Shown here piece by piece: positions 46,890-55,763 of a stretch of 64,000 nt of DNA (position 1 is the stretch's first letter; every line of letters starts with the position of its first letter). The stretch is taken from NCBI GenBank assembly GCA_034101145.1, contig JAXEKG010000004.1, positions 40,987 through 104,986 of the forward strand. Direction: 5' to 3'. This DNA comes from Eubacteriales bacterium. GTDB taxonomy: Bacteria > Bacillota > Clostridia > Oscillospirales > CAG-272. The notes beneath the pieces were generated by a model. It saw nothing but the letters and a program-made list of their open reading frames with translations, was not told the origin of the DNA and ran no database searches. The position numbers and the translations under genes were made by a program.

Positions 46890-48878
46890 TCATGTTGACT
46901 CCGAAGCTTTTTCATCCATTTTATAAAAATAAATCTTAGCCTTGTGCTTCTCCCGAATGGTTATTGTGAGACCATGTTCGGCAAGCTCCTTACCGCTTAC
47001 CGCGAACTCCCCTCCGTCAGCGTCGGTGAACAGATAATTTGCGTCATTATCCAAGCCTTTAATGCTAAACGTCGCCGTTTCGTAGGGCGCATCCTCACGT
47101 CGGTATACCTGCAATACTCCATCCCCCTTTGATGGACGATTATACTGCATGGCGCACCATACATCATGGCAATCACTGACTTCTGTCAGCGAATAAAAAT
47201 CTTCCGATAAATACGGACGAACCTTGAGATACTCTTCGGTATACTTTTTTATAAACTCTGTTTTTTCCTCGGTGTCGCAGTAACTCTCCCTTTCCGAAAA
47301 TGAATGGTTTAATGCTAAAGCCGCAGCGTATGAAGATCTTATCTGGTACTCGTCATACAGTCTGCCGCTTGAAGTGCCGGAATAAGGCATCCAAGGATTA
47401 TAAGTCTGATTATGGATTTGCGACGCTTCGGCGTCATAATTTGCGGCACACTGAAAATCGCTTCTCCACAGCGGAATACTACGTCGAAGAGTCTCGATAT
47501 CTATTCTTCTTCCGCCCGAAGCACAGTTATCAATGATTAGATGAGGAAACTTCTCAAGTAATTTATCCCATAACTTATACATTCCGTTAATATGCTTTAT
47601 CTCGGTGATACCCTGACGGTCTGCGTCATCATTATTGCGCCAGTAGCCCAGGGGAGAAAAATTAGAATCCTGCCGATAACAGTCTATTCCCAACTCTTCA
47701 ATAAGCGTGGAAATCGTATTGAAGCAGTACTCCCAAGCCTCCTGATTTCCCAGATTCAACACACGGGTAGGATACTGTGCACCCCAAGATGAGATAAGAA
47801 AATACTCCGGATGCTGCATAACAACAGGAGATGAGCTTGTAGCCCTCTCCGGCTCAAACCACAGAAGAAACTTCATTTTGGCATCATGAACCGCATTTGA
47901 CACATCCTTCAAAGCGTTTGGATGAATCAGACTGCTGACTCTCCAGTCACCGGCACGGACATACCAATCACCTTCGAAATCGTCGGAAGTAGGCTCCGTG
48001 TCCTTTCCGTACCAACCGGCGTCTATCCAGATATATTCAAACGGAAGCTTATTTTTCTTTATGGTTTCGATACGTTCAAGAATCGATCGTGTTGTCATTC
48101 CGCCCCATATACATGCCGAGAGAGGACCGATTGTATCCCTGCCATCACGACCGATAAGAGAAAAATGTTCCTTTACAAGTCTTCTCCATTTATTATCAGC
48201 CTCTTCATTCTTATCATAGGGCATAATTACTGCCGATGACGTCCGAATTTTTTCTCCGGGCATCAGCCTGAAGTTGGTGTCCTCGATTTTAGATCTCAGA
48301 GTAATACTGTCGTTTCCTCTGGCAATCTCGCAGTTCCACTGACCCGTCCAGCCGATGGCGAAAACATACCCTCTTCCGTTTTTGCTTATATTAAAAAACG
48401 GGGCATTCTTCTCGCTGGATCTACCGTTTGAGGCAGTATACTTATTTGTATTTCCCGGATATATATGGTTCGGTCTTTGACTGCCTTTTATATAATCCAC
48501 GTCACAGTAAAAATCAGTTTTCGTATGTGTCGAGCCGAGAGGAGCGTATATCCTCGTCTCGGATTTTACGTCGGGAAGATATGTCTGCTTCTTTTTGTCA
48601 TCCTCATGCTCAAGCGGTAATGTGCAGTCGCAGTCCCAAAGCTCAGATATAATTTTACTCGGCATATCAGATATGTTTTCAAAATAGTTAACCCATTCAT
48701 AAGCGCCGAATTTCTCATACTTTTTTGCAACATTGGTAACCTTGAGTACGTTATTGAACTGATATACGGTAGTTAAAGTTGTACCGTCATCAACGGATTC
48801 GCACTTAAAATCCAAATCCCAGGCATTTTCTCCGTCAAGCTTGAAGGAAAACCTTTTGTTGTTTTTTAAAAAATTCAT
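46890..48878 (-). CDS. alpha-galactosidase-type glycoside hydrolase (GH36 family-like)
   Basis: IWIDAGWY, IDCYRQDSNF, DNCASGGRRIDIE motifs. Confidence 0.78.
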   Translation of the reverse strand: MNFLKNNKRFSFKLDGENAWDLDFKCESVDDGTTLTTVYQFNNVLKVTNVAKKYEKFGAYEWVNYFENISDMPSKIISELWDCDCTLPLEHEDDKKKQTYLPDVKSETRIYAPLGSTHTKTDFYCDVDYIKGSQRPNHIYPGNTNKYTASNGRSSEKNAPFFNISKNGRGYVFAIGWTGQWNCEIARGNDSITLRSKIEDTNFRLMPGEKIRTSSAVIMPYDKNEEADNKWRRLVKEHFSLIGRDGRDTIGPLSACIWGGMTTRSILERIETIKKNKLPFEYIWIDAGWYGKDTEPTSDDFEGDWYVRAGDWRVSSLIHPNALKDVSNAVHDAKMKFLLWFEPERATSSSPVVMQHPEYFLISSWGAQYPTRVLNLGNQEAWEYCFNTISTLIEELGIDCYRQDSNFSPLGYWRNNDDADRQGITEIKHINGMYKLWDKLLEKFPHLIIDNCASGGRRIDIETLRRSIPLWRSDFQCAANYDAEASQIHNQTYNPWMPYSGTSSGRLYDEYQIRSSYAAALALNHSFSERESYCDTEEKTEFIKKYTEEYLKVRPYLSEDFYSLTEVSDCHDVWCAMQYNRPSKGDGVLQVYRREDAPYETATFSIKGLDNDANYLFTDADGGEFAVSGKELAEHGLTITIREKHKAKIYFYKMDEKASEST

Positions 48879-49030
48879 GAGCTCGCCTCCTCAGAATATA
48901 ACCTAATTGTTCTCGCAATACGACAAATGCGCCGATATTGATTTTACAGGAAAGTTAATCTATATCAATTATACAAGAAAATTAAGCATATTTATATTGA
49001 TTTTTCACCTGAAAATATAGTATAATCACC

Positions 49031-49882
49031 ATGCAGTTCAATGAAACCGAGGTATCTGAAATGTTAGACAACTGTTATTTATTCAAGCTGATACGCCCAT
49101 TCGAATTTAAAATAAAGTACTTAGAAATAGATTCACATTCTTCGGAAAATCAGTTTGACTCGCACATTCACGATGAATGTGAGATTTACATAAATTTAAG
49201 CGGAGACGTTTCATTTGTGGTTGAGAATAGTATATACCCCATTGTACCCGGAAGCATAATTGTAACTCGCCCGTTTGAACACCATCACTGTGTATACCAT
49301 AGCAATAAGCTTCACAAGCATTATTGGATTCTTTTTTCCGCCTTGGGAAATGAATATCTTTTCGATAAATTTTATAAAAGAAATTGCGGAGAAAACAATC
49401 TGTTGATACTTGACCCTGATAAATATTCGGAGCTTATCTCGGTTTGTAAGAAAATGACGGAAGGAAATGAATCCGAGCTTGAAAAGTACTTGAATTTTTT
49501 TAAGATGACAGGCCTGCTTCATGATGCCGCGGTGCTTAATCACTCAAACACCTCATACCCCGAAATAATTGTGAAAGCTATGAAATACATAAATGATAAT
49601 ATATCGTATCCGATAACCGTTACCGATATTTCTCAAAAGGTTCACGTAAGCATAAACACCTTGGAAAGGCACTTTTTACGTTTTTTCAATGTATCTCCCT
49701 CCGGATATATCAGAAAAAAACGTCTGGCAAACGCGGCAAGGCTTTTGTCGCAAGGCTGCAGCGTTACGCAAGCATCGGAAAAAAGCGGATTTTCAGATTG
49801 TGCCGGATTTATCTCTTTGTTCAAGAGAACATACGGTCAAACGCCGCTCGAATACAAAAAGACGCATAACATTCTTTTTTAA
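49031..49882 (+). CDS. AraC-family transcriptional regulator
   Basis: Cupin N-terminus. C-terminal HTH pair (ITVTDISQKVHVSINTLERHF...GFSDCAGFISLFKRTYGQTPLEY). Divergent from the GH36 gene. Confidence 0.85.
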   Translation: MQFNETEVSEMLDNCYLFKLIRPFEFKIKYLEIDSHSSENQFDSHIHDECEIYINLSGDVSFVVENSIYPIVPGSIIVTRPFEHHHCVYHSNKLHKHYWILFSALGNEYLFDKFYKRNCGENNLLILDPDKYSELISVCKKMTEGNESELEKYLNFFKMTGLLHDAAVLNHSNTSYPEIIVKAMKYINDNISYPITVTDISQKVHVSINTLERHFLRFFNVSPSGYIRKKRLANAARLLSQGCSVTQASEKSGFSDCAGFISLFKRTYGQTPLEYKKTHNILF

Positions 49883-50083
49883 CCGGTTGTTAAACTGTAT
49901 TCATACTTACTTATTTACTGCCGAATATACCTTACAAAACCGAATAAAGTAAAGTGAAAAATCGTCAAAACAATAAATAGCTTACATTTTTCCGACAGAT
50001 TTCGACATCATTTCTGTTGACAAATTGTATTTGCGGTGCTATACTGCACTTGTATATAAAGTAAACAGAGAGGAGGCCTTACT

Positions 50084-50350
50084 ATGGGAATTGCTTCATT
50101 GCTTTGTGCGGTGTCAGGAATTGTAACGATGATGTTTCATTATGTAAATCATTCCATTATTCTTGGCATTATCACAACGGTTCTCTTGATTGCCGCAACG
50201 GTTCTCGGACTGTTGGATATGCGTCGGCAGGAAAAGAACGGCGGTATTAAAACCGATATGTTCAACCCGGGATTGCTCGGGCACGGCATCGGCGGCGCCG
50301 TTTTAGTAGTTGGCGCTGTTATGTGCTGTATCGCCAACATCATTCACTGA
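50084..50350 (+). CDS. small integral membrane protein (88 aa, ~3 TM)
   Basis: Strong AGAGGAGG RBS, hydrophobic segments, and a terminator directly downstream. Confidence 0.55.
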   Translation: MGIASLLCAVSGIVTMMFHYVNHSIILGIITTVLLIAATVLGLLDMRRQEKNGGIKTDMFNPGLLGHGIGGAVLVVGAVMCCIANIIH

Positions 50351-50357
50351 AAAATGC

Positions 50358-50399
50358 AAAACGACTGCATGCAAATATGTCATGCAGTCGTTTCTTTTT
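50358..50399 (+). terminator. intrinsic terminator
   Basis: AAACGACTGCATG-loop-CATGCAGTCGTTT followed by CTTTTT. Confidence 0.7.
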
Positions 50400-50623
50400 A
50401 TTGTTTGATGTCTTCATGCGCAGAAAAACCCACGGTTCTGCCGGGGCTGCAGCAAAAGTCGCACAATGAACAAAGAATGAGCCTTTCACGCAAAGAAAGC
50501 CTCATTTTTTTATTATATTTTTCGTGTAATTTCCGAGTTTTGCTGCAACTCCTTCATTTTACAAAAAAGAGAAGCCTAAACTTCTCTTTTTGGATTTATT
50601 TTAATCTGTTTTTTATTGTGTTC

Positions 50624-52120
50624 TCACGCCATTGAATATACACTGTTGGCAGTCATTTGTACAGAACGGAATTCGAAAAGCTCGCTTACCGTAACGCACT
50701 GATAACCCTGTGAATACAACCACTCGCATATGGGATCAACAGAAGCGGAAACAGTAGTATCCGGATCATGAAGCAGTATTATAGAACCGCTTTTCGCATT
50801 CTTTTTTACGGTCTCAAGGGATTCTGTAGCCGTAACGTTAAACGTCCATCTTATTGCCGGGCGATCTATCGTAAAATCTGCGGGCTTATTTCCGAATGGC
50901 ATTCTGATTAGCGTTGCGCGAAACCCGCAAACCGCCGCTATCGCATCATCGGTTTTCTTAATTTCTTCATTTCTCTCTGAATCTGAGGTTATCTGGCTGA
51001 AATTATTATGATTATACGAATGATTCCCGATTTCATAACCGGATTCCCACGCTTTTTTAATAAGATTTTTGCTCTGCTCTGACTTAATATTTCTTCCGAG
51101 CAGGAAAAACGATGCTTTGCATTTATATTTACTTAATGTATCGTACACAAGATTAGTTGCCCCATCAGTAAGCGACGGACCGTCGTCAAAGGAAAGCGCT
51201 ATCATTTTATTATTGGTGATATCAATTGTATACGGAGTTTTTTCCTTTTTCACGCGTGCGAACGAAGCACTGGTTCCACTGTTTCCATGAGCTACGGACT
51301 GTATTTCCGATTCTGAAAAACAGGACGTAAACACCGTTGTTCCACCGTTTTCGGAGCACTTATCCATCTTACCGTAATTTGTTATTAAATCACGACAAAC
51401 GTCAACTTCCGAGAAACTGAAGTTTCCCGTTAAAATAGTGGGAAAATAGCTGATATAGCACTGATATTTTGAGTAAAGGCGAAATATTTGCTCTTGTTTT
51501 GCCTCTTGATTTTCATCAAGCGATGTGTTGAAAACCGCTATATATGAATCATCTTCTTTGGACTTCAGCAATGCGTATGTGCATGTCGAATAATTATCCG
51601 CAGTATCAAGTTTGGAAGCTACATACGGAGAAGATGTCAACCAGATTGTGTCAGCAAACCATCTTATGTATTTTTCTGTTTTGAAAAATATCGGATTGCA
51701 TACTCCGCCATATCCCTGAGAAACCCCGCCGATGCAGTTATATTCCTGAAGTGAATCTTTAATAGCATCAATATCAGATTGCTGCGCATTCTGAAGAGTA
51801 AAAAGATCTACATCATAATTATTAACGTATTTCACTATAATGTCGGTTGAATAATAATCAATATCAAATGATAGCAAATCCGTTTCATCTGAAGTTTTCA
51901 CGGATAATTCCGTAAATGAAATATCCTTATGGGTAGAATTGGTTTCATCCCCGTTATTGCCGTGGTCTCCGATACTGCTACTGCTACTGCTACTCATATT
52001 ATTATCTCCGCTTGTACCGGTTGATGTGTCTACATTCAATGTGTCGGATTCCGGCCCGCACCCTGTAAGTGATAAAATTATCAAAACAAATATCAATAAT
52101 AAAGCAATCTGATGTTTCAT
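50624..52120 (-). CDS. lipoprotein with a C-terminal NodB polysaccharide deacetylase domain
   Basis: Lipobox LSLTGC. NodB motifs ALSFDDGPS, IGNHSYNH, IILLHD. The N-terminal ~280 aa are unassigned. Confidence 0.75.
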   Translation of the reverse strand: MKHQIALLLIFVLIILSLTGCGPESDTLNVDTSTGTSGDNNMSSSSSSSIGDHGNNGDETNSTHKDISFTELSVKTSDETDLLSFDIDYYSTDIIVKYVNNYDVDLFTLQNAQQSDIDAIKDSLQEYNCIGGVSQGYGGVCNPIFFKTEKYIRWFADTIWLTSSPYVASKLDTADNYSTCTYALLKSKEDDSYIAVFNTSLDENQEAKQEQIFRLYSKYQCYISYFPTILTGNFSFSEVDVCRDLITNYGKMDKCSENGGTTVFTSCFSESEIQSVAHGNSGTSASFARVKKEKTPYTIDITNNKMIALSFDDGPSLTDGATNLVYDTLSKYKCKASFFLLGRNIKSEQSKNLIKKAWESGYEIGNHSYNHNNFSQITSDSERNEEIKKTDDAIAAVCGFRATLIRMPFGNKPADFTIDRPAIRWTFNVTATESLETVKKNAKSGSIILLHDPDTTVSASVDPICEWLYSQGYQCVTVSELFEFRSVQMTANSVYSMA

Positions 52121-53112
52121 TTTACTCCCTCCTGTTGTCTGTTAATGCTGTTTTTACATTGTATAAGATACTCGGCCTGCAGCTGATACAGTCGTTGCAT
52201 TTTCCGCTTCTTATAATCCTATATTGCCTGCTCTCTCATTGCTTGACGTGTATTTTCTTATTACCATACAGATGTACGAAACTGCCGACGCCTTTCCGAC
52301 TATTCTGTAATACGCGTACAACCTATTTTGTCAAGTTCATTTTCAATTATGAATATTGCCGAAAATAAAACAAACATGCCTCTTCTGCAAATCCCTGCGA
52401 TAAGCACTACCGTGAAGCCGGAAATTCAGCTACAAGATTTTTGAATACACTTACGCAAATGACGCACGTGAATACCTGTCATGATAAATTATAACAGACA
52501 AAGCTCGTGAAGTCAAGGCAAATAGAATTATCATGAGAAATTCCGTGATTTTCATATTATACGTATGCGTGATGAAAATACTGTTTCAGCCCGCCGTCTT
52601 GTTAATTTGGTATATCATATTTTATCATTATTATAACGGGTTTAAGACGGAAAATTAAAAATGGCAGACTTTCCTTCGTCGTATGAAAATGCTGCTCACT
52701 GTTCAAAAATCTAAAAACACCTTAAAATAAAAGACTTCATTGCGGTATCCTTTACGGCAGAAGCATATGACCACGTAAACCAAAAACGCCCGAATGTATC
52801 GTGCCGCAAAACCGAATCATAGCAATATCCGCGCTCGTTGAATACAACTTATTAAGATGATCGAGTTGCTTCATGTTTGATGAGCGGTGTATTACGAAGC
52901 CGTACACAGGACTTTACCCCACCGCCGCAATATATCAAAAGAATAGCCGTAGTTCGACCTTGAATGTAAAAAGCAAAAATTCGCACCAACTTTTGTCTTT
53001 TGATTAGCATGATAATCATATACCTTTTTCAATGTTACTATACTTAACTAACAAGCATGTTTTATATAATATAAACTTTTGCTTATGAATAGTTCTAAAT
53101 AAGGAGAAAATT

Positions 53113-55488
53113 ATGAAATCCAAATCAAAAGTTTTGTTTGCAAGTCTTTGTTGTCTGCTTTTCGGTTTTGTGCTTATATTCGGTGCAATGCTTGGTGGCA
53201 ATTCAATGACGGTTTATGCCGCAGAAGAGGACCATTCTCACTGTATTTGCGGCGGAGGTATTGCATCGGGCGAGCATACCTCATGCAGCGACGTGACGTT
53301 TTTGCCGTACAGCGGCGGCAACTTTACATACGATGATACAGGCGCCGCCTACCTTTATCTGGAAAGCGACGTCGTCCACAGCTCCAACTCGAATAACCAC
53401 ATCGGCAACAATGGCATTTTGGTTATCAAGAATGGTCAAACACTCTACCTGTGTCTCAACGGACATTCGTTTCAAAACGGCGATCGTACTAATAACGTAA
53501 TCGACGTCGAATCCGGCGGCAAGCTCATCTTGTGCGACTGCAAGGGAACAGGTTGGATAGGCGGAAGAACGTCCGGTGCCAACAGCGGCGCCGTCTGGGT
53601 GGAGGGTTCCTTTACCATGTACGGAGGTAACCTGAAAAACAGCAGCGGTCTGAAAAACGGCGGCGGGCTGTATCTGGTGGGAAGCGGCAGTGCAACGATG
53701 TACGGCGGTACTATTTCGGATAACTTCGCATTCGCTGACGGCGGCGGTGTGTTCTTGAAGAACAGTTCCTCCTTTACCATGTACGGCGGCTCCATTTCGG
53801 GCAACAGAGCCACCGACGAGGGTGGCGGCGTTTACGTGAATATGGGTACTACCTTCACAATGTACGGCGGCGTCATCGAAAATAATGAAAACGGCACAAA
53901 CGGCGGCGGAGTGTTCGTCAGCGGTACGTTTACTATGAACGGCGGCAGTATCAAAGGAAATACCACGGCAGGGCGCGGCGGCGGTATCTGCGTGGAATCT
54001 TACGGCAATATAACGATAAACGGTGGCGTTATCGAGGACAACTACGCTTACGGTAACGGCGGTGGTATATCCACCTGTTGGGCCTCCACCTTTACGATGA
54101 ACGGTGGCGTAGTGCAAAACAACGAAAGCAAGTTCAACGGCGGCGGAATATTTCTGTTTGGCAACGGCGGATGGAATAATGCAGACAGTACGTTTATTAT
54201 TACGAACGGTACGGTAACAAAGAACAAGGCCGGCGGCGTTGGCGGAGGCATCTATTTCTACGAGAATACCAAATTTACGATGAACGCTACCGCTACCACC
54301 GCCAAAATTATCATCATGGATAACGAAGGCTCTAACCTCTATCTCACCGATAACAAGAATTATGTGATCACCCTGACAGCTCTGACCGAAGGCTCGCGCA
54401 TCGGCGTGACTGCAATGCGCAATCCATGGATGATTTCAACGGCAAACGATACCGACTACAGCCACTTGTTCAGTGCCGACAGCGACGATTACCACATCGG
54501 ATACCATCCCGTCGACAAAAAGCTGGCACTGACGCCTGATTTCACCAAGTTTACGGTCAGATATGACCTCAACGGCGGCGAAGGCACCGTTGCCGACAGC
54601 ATCTGCAAAACCTTTACATCCGAAGGCCGAGTGCAGGTAACGTCCGTGTCGCCGACCCGCAAATGCCACACTTTCCTTGGTTGGGCAGAGACTGCCGACG
54701 CCACCTCGGCGACTTACGTAGCGGGCGATACCATATACCTGACGGGCGATATGACGCTTTACGCCGTATGGGGTATTTCTCATGATTTGACTAAGGTTGA
54801 TAAGGTCGAACCCGATTGCACTAACGACGGCAAAGAGGAATACTGGTCCTGCGCGTGCGGCAAATACTTTGAAGACGCCTCGGCTACCGTAGAGATTACG
54901 GACATTTCCACATGGGGCATTCTGCCCGTACAGCATACGTTTACGGAATGGATTGCAGAGGTTTCCTCAACTTGCGCAAGCGAAGGTGTGAAAGCGCACA
55001 AAGATTGCGGAATCTGCCATAAACACTTTGACGCAGACGGCAACGCAATTGCCGATTTGACAATTTCAGTCGATTCAACCGCGCACCGCTTTGGCGAATG
55101 GATAGAAGAACTTCCGGCAACGGAAGACACAGAAGGCGTAAAGGGACACAAGGATTGTGAAATCTGCCATAAACACTTTGACGTCGACGGGAACGAAATT
55201 ACCAACCTGACGATAACAAAATTGACTTCAGGCGGAGATGAAACCGGAGATGAAACCGAAGAAAAAACCGAAGAAAAAACCGGAGATGAAACCGGAGATA
55301 AAACCGAAGAAAAAACCGGAGATAAAACCGAAAATGGCGGACTTTCGGGCGGAGCGATTGCGGGCATTACGGTCGGCTCCGTTGCGGTTGCAGAAATCGG
55401 AGGATTCTCTATCTTTTGGTTTGCAATCAAGAAAAAGAAATTTTCAGACTTTATCGCGGTAATTAAAGTCATTTTCAAAAATAAATAA
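53113..55488 (+). CDS. membrane-anchored surface protein: signal peptide, PMP-like beta-helix repeats, Listeria-Bacteroides (Flg_new) repeat, three Cys/His modules, acidic tetrapeptide spacer, C-terminal TM anchor
   Basis: About a dozen GGG(V/I)(F/Y)...(F/A)TM(Y/N)GG units. FTVRYDLNGGEG...FLGWA...LYAVW. HxFxEWI...HKDCxICHKHFDxDGN appears twice, plus a diverged third copy. GDET/EEKT repeats. IFWFAIKKKK anchor. Confidence 0.75.
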   Translation: MKSKSKVLFASLCCLLFGFVLIFGAMLGGNSMTVYAAEEDHSHCICGGGIASGEHTSCSDVTFLPYSGGNFTYDDTGAAYLYLESDVVHSSNSNNHIGNNGILVIKNGQTLYLCLNGHSFQNGDRTNNVIDVESGGKLILCDCKGTGWIGGRTSGANSGAVWVEGSFTMYGGNLKNSSGLKNGGGLYLVGSGSATMYGGTISDNFAFADGGGVFLKNSSSFTMYGGSISGNRATDEGGGVYVNMGTTFTMYGGVIENNENGTNGGGVFVSGTFTMNGGSIKGNTTAGRGGGICVESYGNITINGGVIEDNYAYGNGGGISTCWASTFTMNGGVVQNNESKFNGGGIFLFGNGGWNNADSTFIITNGTVTKNKAGGVGGGIYFYENTKFTMNATATTAKIIIMDNEGSNLYLTDNKNYVITLTALTEGSRIGVTAMRNPWMISTANDTDYSHLFSADSDDYHIGYHPVDKKLALTPDFTKFTVRYDLNGGEGTVADSICKTFTSEGRVQVTSVSPTRKCHTFLGWAETADATSATYVAGDTIYLTGDMTLYAVWGISHDLTKVDKVEPDCTNDGKEEYWSCACGKYFEDASATVEITDISTWGILPVQHTFTEWIAEVSSTCASEGVKAHKDCGICHKHFDADGNAIADLTISVDSTAHRFGEWIEELPATEDTEGVKGHKDCEICHKHFDVDGNEITNLTITKLTSGGDETGDETEEKTEEKTGDETGDKTEEKTGDKTENGGLSGGAIAGITVGSVAVAEIGGFSIFWFAIKKKKFSDFIAVIKVIFKNK
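55234..55329 (+). repeat. 8 tandem 12-nt units (GGAGATGAAACC / GAAGAAAAAACC variants), coding
   Basis: Read directly from the sequence. Encodes GDET GDET EEKT EEKT GDET GDKT EEKT GDKT. Confidence 0.95.
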
Positions 55489-55704
55489 GCGGTAATTCAT
55501 AAAACGAAAACAAAAGTCGCCAATGCAGGAAAAAAGTAAAATTTTCAAGCCGGGCATCGTTTGACTATTCATTTGCGGGCTTGTGTTGGAATACAACCGA
55601 GAAAGCGATAAACAAATAATACACAAAGTTTTTTTCTTTTCAAGCTCAATTGGCTGATTTATTTAGTTAAAATGCCGAAAATTACAGTGTTTTACGCAAA
55701 ATTG

Positions 55705-55734
55705 TTGACATTACTAAATAAAATAATATATAAT
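55705..55734 (+). promoter_or_regulatory. near-consensus sigma-A promoter
   Basis: TTGACA (55705-55710), an 18-nt spacer, then TATAAT (55729-55734), 30 nt upstream of the ATG at 55764. Confidence 0.55.
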
Positions 55735-55763
55735 TAAAAAAAATTGCGGTGGAAAGGAATAAA

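Noticed and set aside
55234-55329. The 12-nt tandem repeats and other repeats, considered as a CRISPR-like array.
   Set aside because: The units are contiguous with no spacers, are coding and in frame. No repeat-spacer architecture exists anywhere in the window.
53281-55478. Long antisense ORFs (53281..54117 at 278 aa; 54780..55478 at 232 aa; others) inside the surface-protein gene.
   Set aside because: They mirror the GGN/GCN-rich repetitive coding strand. They have no RBS or recognisable motifs, and the sense ORF has a signal peptide and coherent domain repeats.
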